A DNA stretch of 11,502 bases, taken from Halobacteriaceae archaeon (GTDB lineage: Archaea > Halobacteriota > Halobacteria > Halobacteriales > Halobacteriaceae). Shown one piece after another: positions 8,374 to 11,502 of the stretch. Each line of letters begins with the position of its first letter. The stretch's first letter is position 1. The stretch spans positions 1 through 11,502 of the forward strand of contig JBDGRB010000125.1 in the NCBI GenBank assembly GCA_042218485.1, read 5' to 3'. A model generated the notes under the pieces. That model had not been told where the DNA came from and did not search any database. It was given only the letters and a program-made list of their open reading frames with translations. The translations under genes and the position numbers were made by a program.

Positions 8374-8520
8374 ATGAGTGATTCAGATTGGGATATTTCT
8401 CTTGATGAATTAGATCAAGATCAGCCACTTCAACCTGAAACAATCAAGCCCGAGAATGCCTTTTTCTTTTTACTCGGCATCCTTGCAGCGATATTCTTTT
8501 TATATCTTTTCCTCTTCTGA
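8374..8520 (+). CDS. Candidate 48-aa small protein, absent from the supplied ORF track: acidic N-terminus plus one C-terminal TM helix.
   Basis: My own translation of atg(8374)..tga(8518-8520): MSDSDWDISLDELDQDQPLQPETIKPENAFFFLLGILAAIFFLYLFLF. The 147-nt frame is clean, codon usage resembles the neighbours, an AT-rich TATA-like tcgtatgaata lies about 30 nt upstream, and it occupies an otherwise empty 370-nt gap. Confidence 0.35.
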   Translation: MSDSDWDISLDELDQDQPLQPETIKPENAFFFLLGILAAIFFLYLFLF

Positions 8521-8617
8521 GTATTATAGAGTGCATCAATTGTAAAGCAACAAGAGGGTAACGCTTCCATAATGCTGTCGCTGCAAGCGAACAATTATTC
8601 CTCTGGTCCTCATAGAT

Positions 8618-9160
8618 ATGGATATGGCAAACGCGATAGAACTCTCATTGCCGCTACTCCTTGTCATCGCTGGGTTTGTTATAAGCGTTTTCGAGGCGAT
8701 TGCTCCAGGGGCTCATTTCGTTGTACTCGGTGGTGCTTTATTGGGTGCTGGATTGTTGGGATTGATATTTACCCCGCTTGCAACACCCCTCGCACTTGCA
8801 GTGTTGATTTTAGTTATTGGTGGAGGGACGCTGTTTGCATACCGCAATTTAGATATTTATGGGGGCAAAGGAATCGCTCGGACAAGTGATTCAGATGACT
8901 TGTTGGGTAGGGAAGGAGTTGTCATTGAACCAGTTTCGACCACAGGCGGGAAAGTCCGACTGTATGATGGCGGATTTGATCCAGAATATTCTGCTCGAAC
9001 AGTTGATGGAGAAATCGAAGAAGGTGAAGAAGTCATCGTCATCGATCCTGGTGGTGGAAGTGTTTTGACGGTTGAGTCAATGGATGGGTATGATGAAATT
9101 GATCGAGAATTGAATACAGATGATTCAGTAAGTTCTGAATCGACAACGGATTCAGAGTGA
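8618..9160 (+). CDS. NfeD-family membrane protein (short form, OB-fold C-terminal domain), partner of the stomatin gene that follows.
   Basis: 180 aa. N-terminal TM helices (LLLVIAGFVISVF, LGGALLGAGLLGLIF, LALAVLILVIGGG), then a β-rich domain GREGVVIEPVSTTGGKVRLYDGGFDPEYSART-DGEIEEGEEVIVIDPGGGSVLTV typical of NfeD. The stomatin gene starts 32 nt downstream; the nfeD-stomatin pairing is well established. Confidence 0.85.
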   Translation: MDMANAIELSLPLLLVIAGFVISVFEAIAPGAHFVVLGGALLGAGLLGLIFTPLATPLALAVLILVIGGGTLFAYRNLDIYGGKGIARTSDSDDLLGREGVVIEPVSTTGGKVRLYDGGFDPEYSARTVDGEIEEGEEVIVIDPGGGSVLTVESMDGYDEIDRELNTDDSVSSESTTDSE

Positions 9161-9191
9161 GCGAACCTTTATCAGGCTACTCCCCCTCCTT

Positions 9192-10343
9192 TTGTATATG
9201 TATGGTTTGATCCTTGCACTGATACCTGGATCTTCGCTGATAAGCGCAGTTGCGGTTCTTTTGTTAATTCTGGCTGCCGTGGTAGTGTGGCAGATGGTTG
9301 AGATTGTTGATGCATACGAGAAAAAAGCTCTGACTGTATTCGGCGAATATCGGCGATTATTAGAGCCAGGGATAAATTTCATTCCCCCATTCGTTTCACG
9401 AACATATCGTTTTGATATGCGCACACAAACATTGGATGTCCCTCGTCAGGAAGCCATTACTCGGGATAATTCTCCAGTTACAGCTGATGCCGTGGTGTAT
9501 ATTCGAGTTATGGATGCGAAAAAAGCATTTCTAGAGGTCGATGATTATAAACGGGCAGTATCCAACTTAGCCCAAACAACGCTACGTGCCGTTATTGGTG
9601 ATATGGAATTGGATGATACGTTAAACAAACGCCAGGAGATCAATGCACGTATTCGAGAAGAATTAGACGAGCCAACGGATGAATGGGGAATCAGAGTTGA
9701 ATCTGTGGAAGTACGTGAAGTAAATCCAAGCCAAGATGTACAGCAAGCGATGGAACAACAAACAAGTGCAGAACGTCGGCGCCGAGCCATGATTCTCGAG
9801 GCACAAGGGGAACGAAGAAGTGCAGTTGAGAAGGCACAAGGGGATAAACGTTCGAATATAATCCGTGCGCAAGGAGAGAAGCAAAGTCAGATTTTAGAAG
9901 CCCAGGGAGATGCAATATCAACCGTTCTCCGGGCTCGATCGGCCGAATCGATGGGAGAACGAGCGATAATCGAACGAGGATTAGATACGCTTGGTGATAT
10001 CGGTCAATCGGAAAGTACGACGTATGTCCTCCCGCAGGAATTAACCTCACTTATCGGGCGATATGGTCGGCACTTAACAGGATCGGAGGTCGAAGGCGAT
10101 GGTGCTGAATTAGAAAGCCTTGAATTTGATGAAGAAACTCGAGAATTATTAGGCCTCGATCACATTGAGGATATCATTGGCGAAATAGACATAGATGACA
10201 TGGATGTCGGGGAAGCAGAAGGCGAAGAGGCCATTAAAAGCGCCGAAGAAGTTATTGAGCAAATGGATCAGGATCTTGAAGCGACAACTGAAGAACTGCA
10301 AAATGAGTTTGAAGAACGAGTCGAAGAAGATTCAGACTCCTGA
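9192..10343 (+). CDS. SPFH/band-7 (stomatin/prohibitin-like) protein with an unusually long acidic C-terminal extension.
   Basis: 383 aa. An N-terminal TM helix followed by an SPFH core (LTVFGEYRRLLEPGINFIPPF, ITRDNSPVTADAVVYIRV). A coiled-coil repeat region (EAQGERRSAVEKAQGDKRSNIIRAQGEKQSQILEAQGD). A ~100-aa D/E-rich tail. Confidence 0.9.
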   Translation: MYMYGLILALIPGSSLISAVAVLLLILAAVVVWQMVEIVDAYEKKALTVFGEYRRLLEPGINFIPPFVSRTYRFDMRTQTLDVPRQEAITRDNSPVTADAVVYIRVMDAKKAFLEVDDYKRAVSNLAQTTLRAVIGDMELDDTLNKRQEINARIREELDEPTDEWGIRVESVEVREVNPSQDVQQAMEQQTSAERRRRAMILEAQGERRSAVEKAQGDKRSNIIRAQGEKQSQILEAQGDAISTVLRARSAESMGERAIIERGLDTLGDIGQSESTTYVLPQELTSLIGRYGRHLTGSEVEGDGAELESLEFDEETRELLGLDHIEDIIGEIDIDDMDVGEAEGEEAIKSAEEVIEQMDQDLEATTEELQNEFEERVEEDSDS

Positions 10344-10386
10344 TCGAGTCGAAGGCGTTATCACGATACCGAACGTAACTTAAACC

Positions 10387-11016
10387 ATGCCAGACGATGG
10401 GGTGGATGAACAAAAACGTACGACCCTTCGTAGATTTGCCACTCTCGGTGCTATCACCCCACTTGCGAGTATAGATACTGATACAACCAAGACTTTCACT
10501 TCCCTTGAAGAAAAGTCATTAGCCCGAGATGCAATAACTGGCTATCTATCACTCGCCCCAGGCGTGCATTTTTCCAAAATTCGAGATGATTTACAACTTG
10601 GAACGGGTGAGACTCAATACCATCTCAAGCAACTGACTGATGATAATATTATCGAAAGTTATCGAGATGGGGAATATCGCCGTTTCTATCCCTCAGGCCG
10701 GTTCACAACGTTTCAAAAAGTAACCTTGGCGCATCTTCGCAAACAGACGGCTCGTCAGTTGATAATTGAATTATTGAAGAATCCAAATTTGAGTGGCCGA
10801 GAGCTCGCTGAAAAACTCGATGTTTCTGAGGCAACGATCAGTAAAACAGCAAAATCACTCGAATCAGCTGATATTTTAACGAGAAATAACGGGTATACAC
10901 TTACAGAACCGGAGACAATTCTCGTTTTATTGCTTCGATATGCTGAGTCATTTGACGAAGTTACATCACAGTTTGCATCGACGGCTCGATCGTTAATTGA
11001 ATATTCTCCAGACTAA
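10387..11016 (+). CDS. Transcription regulator with two tandem winged-HTH domains and an N-terminus that resembles a Tat signal.
   Basis: 209 aa. wHTH 1 is roughly DAITGYLSLAPGVHFSKIRDDLQLGTGETQYHLKQLTDDNIIESYRDGEYRRFYP. wHTH 2 is roughly ARQLIIELLKNPNLSGRELAEKLDVSEATISKTAKSLESADILTRNNGYTLTEP. The N-terminus TTLRRFATLGAITPLAS fits the haloarchaeal twin-arginine consensus (S/T-R-R-x-F-L-K). The gene sits 43 nt after the stomatin stop. Confidence 0.75.
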   Translation: MPDDGVDEQKRTTLRRFATLGAITPLASIDTDTTKTFTSLEEKSLARDAITGYLSLAPGVHFSKIRDDLQLGTGETQYHLKQLTDDNIIESYRDGEYRRFYPSGRFTTFQKVTLAHLRKQTARQLIIELLKNPNLSGRELAEKLDVSEATISKTAKSLESADILTRNNGYTLTEPETILVLLLRYAESFDEVTSQFASTARSLIEYSPD

Positions 11017-11024
11017 GACTTACC

Positions 11025-11267
11025 TCATGTTGTGACTTTCCACGTAGTACTCGAGGAATATCCCCACTTTTCAATATCAATTTCTGTATTTTGAGCCTGG
11101 ATTGCCGTCATATTCGTTCCAACCTCTTTTGCGGACATATTCAACTCTTCGCCGATAATACGAGACTTAAAATACGTTTTCATTTCCACTCGATTACGTA
11201 AATATTCTAAAATTTTCCGTTGCTTTTCGGTCAAGCCTTCGCCCGATTGAGTTGTGGTTGTACTCAT
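11025..11267 (-). CDS. Small (80 aa) winged-HTH DNA-binding protein.
   Basis: LTEKQRKILEYLRNRVE...KSRIIGEELNMSAKEVGTNMTAIQ has the helix-turn-helix pattern of small archaeal regulators, and the wing-like segment ends in W. It is convergent with the tandem-wHTH gene, with stops 8 nt apart. Confidence 0.6.
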   Translation of the reverse strand: MSTTTTQSGEGLTEKQRKILEYLRNRVEMKTYFKSRIIGEELNMSAKEVGTNMTAIQAQNTEIDIEKWGYSSSTTWKVTT

Positions 11268-11502
11268 GCATTTATCTACATTAGCTACTCCTATAGTGGA
11301 TTTGGTACGGACAGTTAAATGGGAGATAGCGTCGGGATTTTATATAGTATGAACAATAATCTTTCCCCTCTATGTGAGAAAAATGGTAGAGCTGGCTAAT
11401 ACACCACGAACCGTTCATAGCGGATACAGCGCGGAAACCCACCCTTCACAGTAGTTGCCGAAGTAGCTACGAGATAGATTTCTCCGGTGGCACCGTAGAA
11501 GA

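Noticed and set aside
8572-8889. 105-aa plus-strand ORF (MLSLQANNYSS...) overlapping the start of nfeD.
   Set aside because: It is in a different frame from the NfeD ORF, which has clear TM helices and an OB-fold domain. It is Cys/Trp/Arg-rich and unlike the acidic proteome.
9152-10383. Minus-strand ORFs 9152..9424, 9545..9790, 9663..9884, 9691..10050 and plus-strand 10195..10383.
   Set aside because: They are antisense or out-of-frame shadows of the SPFH/stomatin gene, with no independent support.
11380-11502. Possible tRNA or other RNA gene near the right edge (cgaaccgttcat and gtagttgccgaagtagctac).
   Set aside because: I found no T-loop signature (GGTTCGAATCC or its reverse complement ATTCGAACC) and no acceptor-stem or anticodon-arm pairing by eye. 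It is kept only as a low-interest finding.
1-11502. Mobile elements, CRISPR arrays, integrases or toxin-antitoxin pairs.
   Set aside because: I saw no direct repeats with regular spacers, no transposase or integrase-like ORFs, and no terminal inverted repeats flanking any gene. Every sizeable ORF is housekeeping, envelope or a regulator.

Overview
This 11.5 kb window looks like ordinary chromosomal DNA from a low-GC halophilic archaeon. Most encoded proteins are strongly acidic, with long D/E-rich linkers and tails, and third codon positions are AT-rich. That combination fits a Haloquadratum-like genome; this is inference from composition, not a database hit. Gene order: (-) partial archaeal-type purine phosphoribosyltransferase; (+) PhzF-family isomerase; (-) small membrane protein; (+) PEP synthase; (+) a two-gene unit of a basic, sequon-rich secreted lipoprotein plus a VTT/DedA-like membrane protein; (+) methionyl-tRNA synthetase; (+) an unlisted 48-aa tail-anchored-like small ORF; (+) an NfeD then SPFH/stomatin operon; (+) a tandem winged-helix regulator 43 nt downstream; (-) a small HTH protein. 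I found no rRNA, tRNA, CRISPR array, transposase or integrase. The main points for follow-up are the lipoprotein, whose composition is unlike its neighbours, the small ORF, a Tat-like N-terminus on the tandem-wHTH regulator, and several perfect palindromes and hairpins in intergenic DNA.
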